Of a stretch of 24,000 nt of DNA, positions 8,641 through 16,537 are shown piece after piece. Each line of letters opens with the position of its first letter. Within the stretch, counting starts at the first letter, position 1. The DNA comes from Nitrososphaerota archaeon (GTDB taxonomy: Archaea > Thermoproteota > Nitrososphaeria_A > Caldarchaeales > Calditenuaceae), in the NCBI GenBank assembly GCA_033581555.1, contig JAVQSZ010000005.1, positions 111,537 through 135,536 on the forward strand, given 5' to 3'. The position numbers and the translations under genes are program-made. The notes under the pieces are model-generated. The model was given only the letters and a program-made list of their open reading frames with translations. It had not been told where the DNA came from and did not search any database.

Positions 8641-9313
8641 CGTCGCCTCTCCCCGAGGTCAGCCTCATGACCCTGTCGGTGACCTCGCCGAGCATCCCAC
8701 CAGGCAGCTCGACCTGACAGACCCAGGAGCCGTCCCCCTTCCACTCCTCCTTCACTATCCTCCCAACGCCGCGCAGGTATCCGCTGACCCTAGGCTGCGC
8801 GTCGCCCGGCGACCTGACCTCGACCGTTATCTGGACGATCTTGATCGGGAGGACGGTCCTCAGCCTCTCCATCACCTTCCCGACCTGCTCCGAGGCCTCC
8901 GCGAACGGATCGATCTGGACGCCTACCTCCTTCATCGCGAGCTCGATCCTCTGGGGCGGTATCGGCGCGTTGGTCCTGGGGTCGATCGCGTTCCTCGCGA
9001 TCAGGTCGATCACCTTCCTCCGCTTCTCCTCGATCAGGGCCCTCCTCTGCTCCGCGGTGAGCTGGACCTCGCCCTCCCTCACGATCGTCAGGGCGATCTG
9101 GTAGGGGTCGGTGGTCCCGAAGGCCTTCCTCAGCTCCTCCTCCTTCGCCCTGATCCCCTTCTTCGCGTCCCTGTAGACCTCTGGGTAGACGAGGACCTTC
9201 TGAGATGGCTGGGCCTGACCGAGCCTGATCTTCAGGGCCAAGTCCGGGTCCACGAGCACCTCGAAGGTCTCGCCCCGCTTCGTCATCCTAGCGATCGTGT
9301 AGTTCTGCGGCAA
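8627..9313 (-). CDS. SBDS-family ribosome maturation protein (Sdo1 homologue)
   Basis: N-terminal FYSH-like [22 protein letters not shown]..., with the size (228 aa) and three-domain layout typical of archaeal SBDS. The TTG start at 9313 is needed to include the conserved N-terminal strand. The 3' end overlaps the ATPase 3' end by 14 nt (convergent). Confidence 0.85.
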   Translation of the reverse strand: MPQNYTIARMTKRGETFEVLVDPDLALKIRLGQAQPSQKVLVYPEVYRDAKKGIRAKEEELRKAFGTTDPYQIALTIVREGEVQLTAEQRRALIEEKRRKVIDLIARNAIDPRTNAPIPPQRIELAMKEVGVQIDPFAEASEQVGKVMERLRTVLPIKIVQITVEVRSPGDAQPRVSGYLRGVGRIVKEEWKGDGSWVCQVELPGGMLGEVTDRVMRLTSGRGDVRKL

Positions 9314-9357
9314 CTCCCTCGCACCTCACGGGACTTCCTCTCGGGAGGCTTTAGCAG

Positions 9358-10425
9358 TTAGCCCGTCGGTTTCGAAGCTCCGGAGCGGCGCTTCCCGTCA
9401 CTATTGCCTCGCCCGTGCCTCGCAGCGACCGCGAACCACAGGCCCCCGCCAGCGTGGACGAACCTCGCCCTCCCGAAGCCCGAACGCGAGAGGAGCGACG
9501 AGAGCTCCCTCCTCGAGAGCATCGACCCTCCCTGCAGAGCGTAGTCGAGCGCGATGAACCTAAGGAGCGCGTCCTGCCTCGAGTCGCCCGTCCTTTCGGA
9601 GAGCCCCTCCGCCACGACCAGGAGCCCGCCGCGCCTCAGCGCCCTTCGGGCCGACCTCAGGACCCCGAGCCTGTCGGAGGCGACGCAGAGGACCTCGCCG
9701 AGGTAGACCAGGTCGAACTCCTCCCCGAATTCCAGCGACTCGCTGGTGCCCTCGACGAACGTCAAGCGGTCCGAGAGTCCAGCTTCCTCTGCCCTCCTCC
9801 TCGCGACCGAGATCGCGGCGCCGTCAGGGTCCACGCCGACCGCGGAGGCCGCTGAATACCTCAGGCAGAGCTCGACCGCCCACCCGCCGGTCCCGCAGCC
9901 GATGTCGAGGGCCCTCGCGCCCCTCTCGAGGACCGACCGCAGCCCCCTCACCCTCGGGACGACGAGCTCGAAGAAGGCCAAGTGGTCCCACCTCGTCGCC
10001 TCCGCGTACGCCTCTGTCAGGTGCCTCGCCCCATCGCTGTCGGCGCTCCCGCGGCCGAAGAGGGCGTCGAAGAGGTGGTAATCGAGGCTCCTCAGCGCCA
10101 GGTAGGAGAGCAACCCGCCGACGTAGCGGTGATCCCGATCGTCCAGGATGAGCGCCCTCGCGTCGCCCTTCAGCGCGTACCTCCCTCGCCTTCCCTTCAG
10201 CAGGCCCAGCTCGGCGGCCGCCTCGCACCAGAGCCCTACAGCCTTCCTGTCCAGACCCGTCAGCCTCGCGATCTCGCCGGGCCCCGCCCCCCTCCCCAGC
10301 CCGTCGAGCGCCCTCAGCAGCCCGTACCTCCTCCCCAAGTGAGCGACCCAGACCGACGCGAAGCCGGCCGCGCTCTCCCACGGGTCGAACAACTCTGGAC
10401 CACCCACGGCCCCAGAGGGAGGCAT
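9358..10425 (-). CDS. Class I SAM-dependent methyltransferase with N-terminal winged-helix/dimerisation-like domain
   Basis: Motif I ALDIGCGTGGWAVEL, followed by VGVDPD and LVVAEG strands. The N-terminal ~150 aa resemble the wHTH region of O-methyltransferase-like proteins. The substrate cannot be inferred. Confidence 0.75.
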   Translation of the reverse strand: MPPSGAVGGPELFDPWESAAGFASVWVAHLGRRYGLLRALDGLGRGAGPGEIARLTGLDRKAVGLWCEAAAELGLLKGRRGRYALKGDARALILDDRDHRYVGGLLSYLALRSLDYHLFDALFGRGSADSDGARHLTEAYAEATRWDHLAFFELVVPRVRGLRSVLERGARALDIGCGTGGWAVELCLRYSAASAVGVDPDGAAISVARRRAEEAGLSDRLTFVEGTSESLEFGEEFDLVYLGEVLCVASDRLGVLRSARRALRRGGLLVVAEGLSERTGDSRQDALLRFIALDYALQGGSMLSRRELSSLLSRSGFGRARFVHAGGGLWFAVAARHGRGNSDGKRRSGASKPTG

Positions 10426-10502
10426 GAGATTAACCGCTGATCAGGTCCCCACGCGGTCGACGTGTCTCGTTTACTAGGCGGCACCGATGGTCTCCGCGGG
10501 GA

Positions 10503-12296
10503 ATGAGCGGGTTCCTGAAGATGAGGGTCGCGGTCCTGGAGCTGGAGAGGTGCCAGCCCGACAAGTGCGGGACGCCCTGCATCACCTTCTGTCCTCCCGT
10601 GAGGAACGGCATCGAGGCGATCAGGCTGGCCTCCAATGGCTTCCCCGAGGTCAACGAGGAGCTCTGCATAGGGTGCGGGATCTGCGTCGCGAAGTGCCCG
10701 TTCGAGGTCATCACGATCGTGAACCTCCCCACCGAGCTCGGGGAGGACCTCGTCCACCAGTACGGCGTGAACGCCTTCAGGCTCTATAGGCTCCCCCACG
10801 TCGAGCAGGGGAAGGTCGTCGGGGTCCTCGGGAGGAACGGCATCGGGAAGTCGACGGCCTTTAGGGTCCTCTCGGGTCAACTGGTCCCGAACCTCGGAAG
10901 GCTTGAAGGGAGGGCGAGGTGGGAGGACGTCCAGCTGAAGTTCAGGGGGACGGTCCTCCAGGACTACTTCAGGAGGGTCGCGTCCGGTCAGGTCAGGGTC
11001 GTCTTGAAGCCCCAGCAGATCGAGCAGATCTCCAGGGCAGTCAAGGGCACGGTGAGGGAGCTCCTGAGGAGGGCCGCGGGAGGGGAGGGGTACGAGGGGG
11101 TGACGAGGGAGCTCGAGCTGGACCGGATCCTCGACAGGGACGTCTCCGTACTCAGCGGCGGAGAGCTGCAGAGGCTCGCGATAGCCGCGGCGATCCTGAA
11201 GGGCGGCGACGTGCTGCTCTTCGACGAGCCGACGAGCTTCCTCGACATCAGGCAGAGGTTCAGGGTGGCGTGGGTCATCAGGGAGCTGGCCGCGAAGGGG
11301 AGGGGCGTGCTGGTCGCGGACCACGACCTCGCCTTCATGGACTACGTCTCGGACGTAGTCTTCGTCCTCTACGGCGACCCCTCGGTCTACGGGGTGGTCT
11401 CGGGGCCCTACGGCTCGAGGGAGGGGATCAACGACTACCTCGAGGGTTACCTGCCGCTCGACAACGTGAGGTTCAGGAGCTACAGGATCGCGTTCCAGGT
11501 CAAGGGCCCCGAGGAGCAGCGCGAGGAGTCCGGATGGGGCCTCTACTGGCCCGAGATGACCAAGACCTTCGAGGGCTTTAGGCTCAAAGTCCCCGAGGGC
11601 GGAATCGGAAGGGGCGAGGTCCTCGCTGTGGTGGGGCCCAACGGCACCGGGAAGACGACCTTCGTGAAGCTGCTGGCCGGCCAGCTCGAGGACGACAGCG
11701 GCCTAAGGCTCGAGTACGCCTCCGTCAGCTACAAGCCCCAGCACCCGGTCCCGAGGCCCGAGACGGTCGAGGAGGTCCTCAAGGCCGCAGCGGGTGATAG
11801 GTTCGAGGGCGAGTTCGTCCAGTCGGAGCTGATCAGGCCACTGAGGATAGACAAGTTGGCGGAGAGGAGGCTCGACGAGCTGAGCGGCGGCGAGCTCCAG
11901 AAGGTCTCGATAGTCGAGGCGCTCTCGAGGGACGCGAAGATCTACCTGCTCGACGAGCCGAGCGCCTTCCTCGACGTCGAGGAGAGGTACAACGTCGCGA
12001 AGACCATCAGGAGGATCGCCGCCGACCTCGGCGCCCACGTCGTCTTGGTCGAGCACGACCTGATGATCGTCGACTTCGCCGCGACCAAGGTGATGGTCTT
12101 CACCGGCGAGCCCGGCGTGAGGGGGGAGGCCCTGCCGCCCTCGGACCTGAGGACTGGCTTCAACGCGCTGCTCAAGGAGCTCGGCGTGACGTTCAGGAGG
12201 GACCACGAGACCAAGCGGCCGCGGGTCAACAAGCCTGGATCGAGGCTCGACAGGCACCAGAAGGAGGTCGGCGAGTACTACTACCTCTCGGCCTAG
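10503..12296 (+). CDS. ABCE1 / RNase L inhibitor-type ribosome recycling ATPase
   Basis: N-terminal 2x[4Fe-4S] domain (CQPDKCGTPCITFCP ... CIGCGICVAKCP). Two NBDs with Walker A GRNGIGKST / GPNGTGKTT, signatures LSGGELQR / LSGGELQK, and Walker B LLFDEPTSFLD / YLLDEPSAFLD. A GTTTACTA box at 10469-10476 favours ATG 10503. ATG 10521 (MRVAVLE...) is the alternative. Confidence 0.95.
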   Translation: MSGFLKMRVAVLELERCQPDKCGTPCITFCPPVRNGIEAIRLASNGFPEVNEELCIGCGICVAKCPFEVITIVNLPTELGEDLVHQYGVNAFRLYRLPHVEQGKVVGVLGRNGIGKSTAFRVLSGQLVPNLGRLEGRARWEDVQLKFRGTVLQDYFRRVASGQVRVVLKPQQIEQISRAVKGTVRELLRRAAGGEGYEGVTRELELDRILDRDVSVLSGGELQRLAIAAAILKGGDVLLFDEPTSFLDIRQRFRVAWVIRELAAKGRGVLVADHDLAFMDYVSDVVFVLYGDPSVYGVVSGPYGSREGINDYLEGYLPLDNVRFRSYRIAFQVKGPEEQREESGWGLYWPEMTKTFEGFRLKVPEGGIGRGEVLAVVGPNGTGKTTFVKLLAGQLEDDSGLRLEYASVSYKPQHPVPRPETVEEVLKAAAGDRFEGEFVQSELIRPLRIDKLAERRLDELSGGELQKVSIVEALSRDAKIYLLDEPSAFLDVEERYNVAKTIRRIAADLGAHVVLVEHDLMIVDFAATKVMVFTGEPGVRGEALPPSDLRTGFNALLKELGVTFRRDHETKRPRVNKPGSRLDRHQKEVGEYYYLSA

Positions 12297-13627
12297 GGCC
12301 CGACTCCCTGCAAGGTATCTCGCCCCTCGCGGTCTCGGCCCCTCCTCCCCGGCCCGCTCGTCCTGCCGGACCTCGCCCTCTTGGACGGACCGCTCTGGGA
12401 GTCGGCGACGATCACGTACCTCCTCGGGTAGGGGATCTCGATCCCGTTAGCCCTGAACTCTTTGTGGATCTGGTAGAGGAGCTCCCTCGCCAGCTGGAAG
12501 CCCGTTGTTTGGTCCTTCGCCCTCACCAGCAGCCTCAGCCTTATCCCCGACTCTCCCAGCTCCATCACCTGGACCTGCGGGAGCCCTGGCGCCGGCAGGA
12601 AGAGCGGGTGCCGCTCCGCGAGCTCCCTCATGATGCTCATAGCCTTGTCGAGGTCGCTCTCGTAGCTCACGTCGACGAAGACCGGGACCAGCATCGTCGG
12701 GTCTATGGCAGAGTAGTTCACGATTACCTCCGACTGGAAGACCGAGTTCGGGACCACGAACCTCCTGTTGTCCCAGGTCCTGAGGATAGTGTGGAACAGC
12801 TTGATGTCCTCCACGAAGCAGAAGTCGTTCCTAAACATCAGCGCCTCGCCTATCCTGAACGGGTGCGAGAGCGAGATCATCAGCCCCGAGATCAGGTTCG
12901 AGAGCGTCGACTGGGCCGCGAGGCCTATCACGATCGAGAGGAACCCGGCCGCGATCAGGGATGACGTCGCGATCCCGAGGAGCTCCGGGAACGTCACCAG
13001 CAGCGCCGCCAGCGCCCCGAGGAGTCCGACGAAGATGACTAGTACTCTCCGGATGAAGGTGAACGCGGTCATCGAGCTCTGATCGGTCGCGACCCTCTCG
13101 TAGAGAGCGCGGGTCAACAGGAGGTCGAGGACGGCCGCGGCGACGTAGGCGACCAGCAGACCAGTGAAGAGGTTCAGCACTCTCCACCAGAACTCGGAGA
13201 TCTGTGGTGCGATGTGGGAGCGGAGGACGATCTGCGTCGCCGCTATCACGCTCAGCAGCAGCACTCCCGCGTTCAGGACCCTCCCTATGCCTCTCTCAGC
13301 GACCTTCTCGACCGTGAGGTCAGAGACCTGACTGATCAGCGCCCTCACCGCCAGCGCCAGCGCGACGATCCCCGCGACGAATCTGGGGTTGTTCGGGTCC
13401 AAGTACGGCGAGAGGTCCGCAGGGAAGACCTGGACCAGCTCCGCGAACGCCAGCGCTACCAGGTTGCCGACGACCAGGGCTAGCAGCGCGGCCCTTAGCC
13501 TCAGCAGGAACCTCCTCACGCCCGCGATCCCCTGCAGCCTCTGGGCCATCCTCCCCATCAGGTACCAGGCTCCGACCGCGAAGGCGACGGTCACCGCTGT
13601 CTCCAGGATCAGCCCCAGAGGGACCAC
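12293..13627 (-). CDS. MscS-family mechanosensitive ion channel
   Basis: Multiple N-terminal TM helices, then the MscS core GLAAQSTLSNLISGLMISLSHPFRIGE and a beta/alpha-beta C-terminal domain, ending in an Arg/Gly-rich tail. GTG 13627 is ~27 nt downstream of TAAATA (minus strand of 13652-13657). Confidence 0.9.
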   Translation of the reverse strand: MVPLGLILETAVTVAFAVGAWYLMGRMAQRLQGIAGVRRFLLRLRAALLALVVGNLVALAFAELVQVFPADLSPYLDPNNPRFVAGIVALALAVRALISQVSDLTVEKVAERGIGRVLNAGVLLLSVIAATQIVLRSHIAPQISEFWWRVLNLFTGLLVAYVAAAVLDLLLTRALYERVATDQSSMTAFTFIRRVLVIFVGLLGALAALLVTFPELLGIATSSLIAAGFLSIVIGLAAQSTLSNLISGLMISLSHPFRIGEALMFRNDFCFVEDIKLFHTILRTWDNRRFVVPNSVFQSEVIVNYSAIDPTMLVPVFVDVSYESDLDKAMSIMRELAERHPLFLPAPGLPQVQVMELGESGIRLRLLVRAKDQTTGFQLARELLYQIHKEFRANGIEIPYPRRYVIVADSQSGPSKRARSGRTSGPGRRGRDREGRDTLQGVGP

Positions 13628-13672
13628 GCCCGCGGCCTCTGAGCCCGACGCTATTTACCGAGCGCGTCACGG

Positions 13673-13788
13673 TGCGGGGGGTGGGATTCGAACCCACGAA
13701 CCCCTTCCGTCTGGCCGAGCCTACGGGGAGCGGCTGCCCCATCGCCGGATCTTGAGGCCGCCGCCGTTGACCGCTTGGCTACCCCCGC
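13673..13788 (-). tRNA. tRNA-Leu(CAA) carrying two introns (about 15 nt at 37/38 and about 17 nt in the variable arm)
   Basis: Reverse complement: GCGGGGG-TA-GCC-AAGCGGTCAAC-GGC-G-GCGGC-CUCAAG[AUCCGGCGAUGGGGC]A-GCCGC-UCCCCGUAG[GCUCGGCCAGACGGAAG]GGGUUC-GUGGG-UUCGAAU-CCCAC-CCCCCGC-A. The acceptor, anticodon and T stems all pair perfectly once the two insertions are removed. Exact intron borders are ambiguous by 1-2 nt. No encoded CCA. Confidence 0.85.
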
Positions 13789-13812
13789 CATCCCCGTGAA
13801 CCGCTCCGTTAG

Positions 13813-13819
13813 GGATAAA
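13813..13819 (-). promoter_or_regulatory. TATA-like box for tRNA-Leu
   Basis: TTTATCC on the minus strand, 25-31 nt upstream of tRNA position 1 (13788). Confidence 0.4.
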
Positions 13820-13909
13820 CGTCTCGCCGGGTCGGAGGCCTCGCTCGCCTCGCGAATGGGTTTTAGGCGACGCTGCCAGATCGTCGCAGGGGTGTCGATC
13901 AGGAGGGCG

Positions 13910-15766
13910 ATGGAGGAGGCCCGAAAGGCGCTCGAGAGGGCTGGCGTCAGGGAGCCGAGGGTCGTCCCCACCAAGAGCCTCGCGTTCGGGATCGTGACCA
14001 GCACCTCGGCCTTCGAGGAGGCGAAGGAGAGGGGGATCGACGCGATGGCCTACGCAGAGGAGGTCGCGGCGAGGGCGAGGCAGCACACTGGGCCGCTGCT
14101 CGCGGAGGTCAGGGCCGCCCAGCCCGGCTACGTCAACTTCTACCCCGACTGGAGGAGGTTCTCAGAAGACGTCGTGAGGGGGGTCCTCGAGGACGTGAGG
14201 TCGTTCCTCTACGAGGGCCTCGGCGGCGGCGAGGTGGTGGTCGAGCACACGAGCGTCAACCCCAACAAGGCCCTCCACGTCGGCCACGCGAGGAACGTCT
14301 GCATCGGCGACACGGTCTACAGGCTGATGTCGAAGGCCGGGAGGAGGGTCACGGTCCTCAACTACGTCGACGACAGCGGCGCCCAGATGGCCGAGCTCCT
14401 CCTCGGTTTCACCGAGCTCGGGTTCGACCTGAACCCCCCGCCGGGCATGAGGTTCGACGAGTACTGCGGCGACTCGGTCTACGTCGAGGTGAACAGGCGC
14501 GCGAAGGTCGACCCCGAGATCGAGGCGAAGAGGAGGAGGGTCGCGAAGGAGTTGGAGGAAAGAGGCTCGGACGCGTTCAAGCTCTCGAGGGAGATAGCTC
14601 TGAGGGTCCTGAGGGACCAGCTAAGCACCTGCTACAGGCTCGGCGCGAGCTACGACCTCCTCGTGAGGGAGAGCGACGTCGTGGTCTCCGGCCTCTGGGA
14701 CGAGGCCTTCTCGAGGCTGAAGGAGAGCGGGGCCGTCTACCTGGCCGACCGCGGGTCGAAGGCCGGGTGTTGGGTCGCGGACCTCTCCGGCCACCCGGTG
14801 CTCTCGAAGGAGGGGGACGAGGTCCTGGTGAAGAGCGACGGCTCTACCACCTACGTCGCGAGGGACATAGGGTTCGCGCTCTGGAAGCTCGGCGAGTCGA
14901 GGACTTCGCTGAGGTTCTCCCTCTGGGACGTCAGGGACGGCAGGCCCACGTACATCTCGTCTGAAGAGGGCGTGTCTCTGAGGCCCAACTCCCCGAGCCT
15001 CGTGATCACTGTGGTCGACTCGAGGCAGAGGCGCCCGCAGGAGGTCGTGAGGTACGCGCTCTCGAGGATCGGCGTCAGCGCAGACAGGTACCTCCACTAC
15101 TCCTACGAGCCCGTCCTCCTCTCCAAGAGGTCCGCGGAGATGCTCGGGGCGAAGGCGGAGCGGTCCGCGGTCCAGATGAGCGGGAGGGAGGGGATCTATT
15201 TCAAGGTCGAGCAGGTCCTCGACAAGCTGGTCGAGGTCGCGGCCAGGGAGACGTCGTCGAGGAGGCCCGAGTGGCCGTCCGAGAGGGTCCGGGAAGTGGC
15301 TGAGGCGATCGCGGTCGGCGCGTTCAGATACGGGATGCTGAAGGTCGACAGCGACAAGCAGATCGTCTTCGACATCGAGGAGTCCCTCAGGCTCGAGGGC
15401 GACACGGGACCGTACCTACAGTACTCGGTCGTGAGGGCGAGGAAGATCTTGCTGAAGGCGGAGGAGGCAGGAGTCGAACCGTCGCCAGCTCCCTCAGAGG
15501 ACCTCACGCCGCACGAGATGCAGCTGGTGAGGGAGGTCTCCGTCGCGCCGCTCGCCCTTGAGGACACCGTCAAGGCCTTGAGGATAAGGACGCTCGTGAC
15601 CCAGGCCAGGACGCTCGCGACCGTGTTCAACGAGTTCTACGAGAGCTGCCCTGTGATCGGGGGAGGTCCGAACGCCGGCTTCAGGCTCAGCTTGGTCGCC
15701 GCGTACGCCAGGGTACAGGAGGAGTTGCTGGAGACGCTCGGCGTTCCGGTCCTCGACGAGCTGTAG
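13910..15766 (+). CDS. argS: Arginyl-tRNA synthetase
   Basis: Class I HIGH region EHTSVNPNKALHVGHARN, and a C-terminal DALR-type anticodon-binding region. ATG 13910 is preceded by AGGAGGG (13901-13907) and leaves ~115 aa before the HIGH motif, as in other archaeal ArgRS. The track start 13775 would overlap tRNA-Leu and its promoter. Confidence 0.93.
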   Translation: MEEARKALERAGVREPRVVPTKSLAFGIVTSTSAFEEAKERGIDAMAYAEEVAARARQHTGPLLAEVRAAQPGYVNFYPDWRRFSEDVVRGVLEDVRSFLYEGLGGGEVVVEHTSVNPNKALHVGHARNVCIGDTVYRLMSKAGRRVTVLNYVDDSGAQMAELLLGFTELGFDLNPPPGMRFDEYCGDSVYVEVNRRAKVDPEIEAKRRRVAKELEERGSDAFKLSREIALRVLRDQLSTCYRLGASYDLLVRESDVVVSGLWDEAFSRLKESGAVYLADRGSKAGCWVADLSGHPVLSKEGDEVLVKSDGSTTYVARDIGFALWKLGESRTSLRFSLWDVRDGRPTYISSEEGVSLRPNSPSLVITVVDSRQRRPQEVVRYALSRIGVSADRYLHYSYEPVLLSKRSAEMLGAKAERSAVQMSGREGIYFKVEQVLDKLVEVAARETSSRRPEWPSERVREVAEAIAVGAFRYGMLKVDSDKQIVFDIEESLRLEGDTGPYLQYSVVRARKILLKAEEAGVEPSPAPSEDLTPHEMQLVREVSVAPLALEDTVKALRIRTLVTQARTLATVFNEFYESCPVIGGGPNAGFRLSLVAAYARVQEELLETLGVPVLDEL

Positions 15767-15784
15767 CCCCGGAGGCGTCAGGAC

Positions 15785-15792
15785 TAAATTAT
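15785..15792 (+). promoter_or_regulatory. TATA-like box for tRNA-Ala
   Basis: TAAATTAT, 22-29 nt upstream of tRNA position 1 (15814). Confidence 0.4.
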
Positions 15793-15813
15793 CCGAGCGA
15801 GGAGGTGCACCGG

Positions 15814-15907
15814 GGGCCGGTAGATCAGCGGCAGATCGCCCGGTTCGCACCCGGGTGACGCGAAGGGCGTCCGGGAAAGGTCCGGGGTTCGAATCCCCGC
15901 CGGTCCA
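15814..15907 (+). tRNA. tRNA-Ala(CGC) with a ~22-nt intron
   Basis: GGGCCGG-UA-GAUC-AGCGGCA-GAUC-G-CCCGG-UUCGCAC-CCGGG-[UGACGCGAAGGGCGUCCGGGAA]-AGGUC-CGGGG-UUCGAAU-CCCCG-CCGGUCC-A. The G3:U70 alanine identity pair is present. The insertion contains its own hairpin GACGC-GAAGG-GCGUC. A duplicated CCGGG makes the exact intron position ambiguous: after the anticodon stem, or the canonical 37/38 site in another register. Confidence 0.85.
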
Positions 15908-15972
15908 TCACCTCCGCGGTGTCCCGTAGCTCCGCGACGAAGTCTCGAGGTCAGGGCCCTCTAGATCTCAGA

Positions 15973-16047
15973 CGGGCCCGCCGGGACTCGAACCCGGGAC
16001 CTCCGGCTCCGCAGGCCGGCGCCCTGTCCATGCTAGGCCACGGGCCC
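15973..16047 (-). tRNA. tRNA-Arg(GCG), intron-less
   Basis: Reverse complement: GGGCCCG-UG-GCCU-AGCAUGGACA-GGGC-G-CCGGC-CUGCGGA-GCCGG-AGGUC-CCGGG-UUCGAGU-CCCGG-CGGGCCC-G. It is 75 nt with all stems paired. Confidence 0.9.
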
Positions 16048-16070
16048 TCCGGTCGTCAACGCCTCTGCTC

Positions 16071-16080
16071 GTTTTATTAA
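16071..16080 (-). promoter_or_regulatory. TATA-like box for tRNA-Arg
   Basis: TTAATAAAAC on the minus strand, 24-33 nt upstream of tRNA position 1 (16047). Confidence 0.4.
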
Positions 16081-16218
16081 CTTCCCGAGACCTCCGGCGG
16101 CAGGTCCTGATCGCGCGCATCGCCCATCCCGGATACTCTCCCCTTATCGGAATGGAGTTAGGGGCTCGATGAGCTGACACCGCCACGCTCAACACGTGCG
16201 CGGCATAGTCGACGGGAA

Positions 16219-16274
16219 GCCTGATCAGATGCTGACGAAATGGGAGCAGAGGGCTGAAGTGATGGTGATCAGGC
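16219..16274. repeat. 9-bp perfect inverted repeat (GCCTGATCA ... TGATCAGGC) enclosing a 38-nt loop in a non-coding tract
   Basis: 16219-16227 is the exact reverse complement of 16266-16274. The loop contains CUGA and GUGAUGG-like elements, but no complete C/D-box arrangement could be built. Confidence 0.5.
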
Positions 16275-16427
16275 GGGTCCGAAGTCTTGCAGTTCCTCTA
16301 CTCTGTGAAGGACGGTGGTCTCTTACCGGGCCAAACCCCTCATCGCGCTCGGTGGTCAAAGGCAGCCTTTAATGGATTGAAAAGCGCCCGATCATTACGA
16401 TTATCGAACCAAAAAGAGTCTAGATTT

Positions 16428-16451
16428 GTTGTGACAACCGCACGTGGTGCG
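16428..16451. promoter_or_regulatory. Two adjacent palindromes upstream of the cstA promoter (candidate regulator binding sites)
   Basis: GTTG-TGA-CAAC (16428-16438) is followed directly by CGCAC-GTG-GTGCG (16439-16451, contains CACGTG). They lie about 55-80 nt upstream of the GATATAT box at 16506-16512. Confidence 0.3.
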
Positions 16452-16505
16452 CCATTCGGCAGATCTTCCAGGTTAAGCAACGCATTAACACAATGATCGT
16501 AAAAT

Positions 16506-16512
16506 GATATAT
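16506..16512 (+). promoter_or_regulatory. TATA-like box for cstA
   Basis: GATATAT, 26-32 nt upstream of ATG 16538. Confidence 0.4.
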
Positions 16513-16537
16513 GCCAGCAAGTGTCAGTACATGCGCA

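Noticed and set aside
10314-11324. 336-aa minus-strand ORF overlapping the methyltransferase start and ABCE1
   Set aside because: It crosses a divergent promoter region and is antisense to ABCE1. The sequence is low-complexity and Pro/Arg/Asp-rich.
13775-13909. N-terminal 45-codon extension of the ArgRS ORF
   Set aside because: It would overlap tRNA-Leu (13673-13788) and its promoter. ATG 13910 has an AGGAGGG site and gives the normal ArgRS N-terminal length.
15907-15916. ATCACCTCC immediately after tRNA-Ala, identical to the 16S rRNA 3'-terminal anti-SD sequence
   Set aside because: It is a single 9-mer with no flanking rRNA-like sequence, and its order relative to tRNA-Ala is opposite to a 16S-tRNA-Ala-23S spacer. 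It is most likely chance.
15968-16195. 75-aa minus-strand ORF
   Set aside because: It is read straight through the tRNA-Arg gene and its promoter, and it lacks coding-type composition.
16160-16280. Possible C/D-box sRNA (GAUGAG, several CUGA, GUGAUGG elements)
   Set aside because: The boxes occur in the wrong order and spacing for a C-D'-C'-D arrangement with ~12-nt guides on either strand. No terminal stem adjoins proper C and D boxes.
15973-16537. Integrated mobile element using tRNA-Arg as attachment site
   Set aside because: There is no integrase, transposase or viral gene anywhere in the window. I found no direct repeat of the tRNA 3' half downstream. Only the A/T-rich tract is suggestive, and it is retained as a low-key possibility in the 16048-16537 finding.
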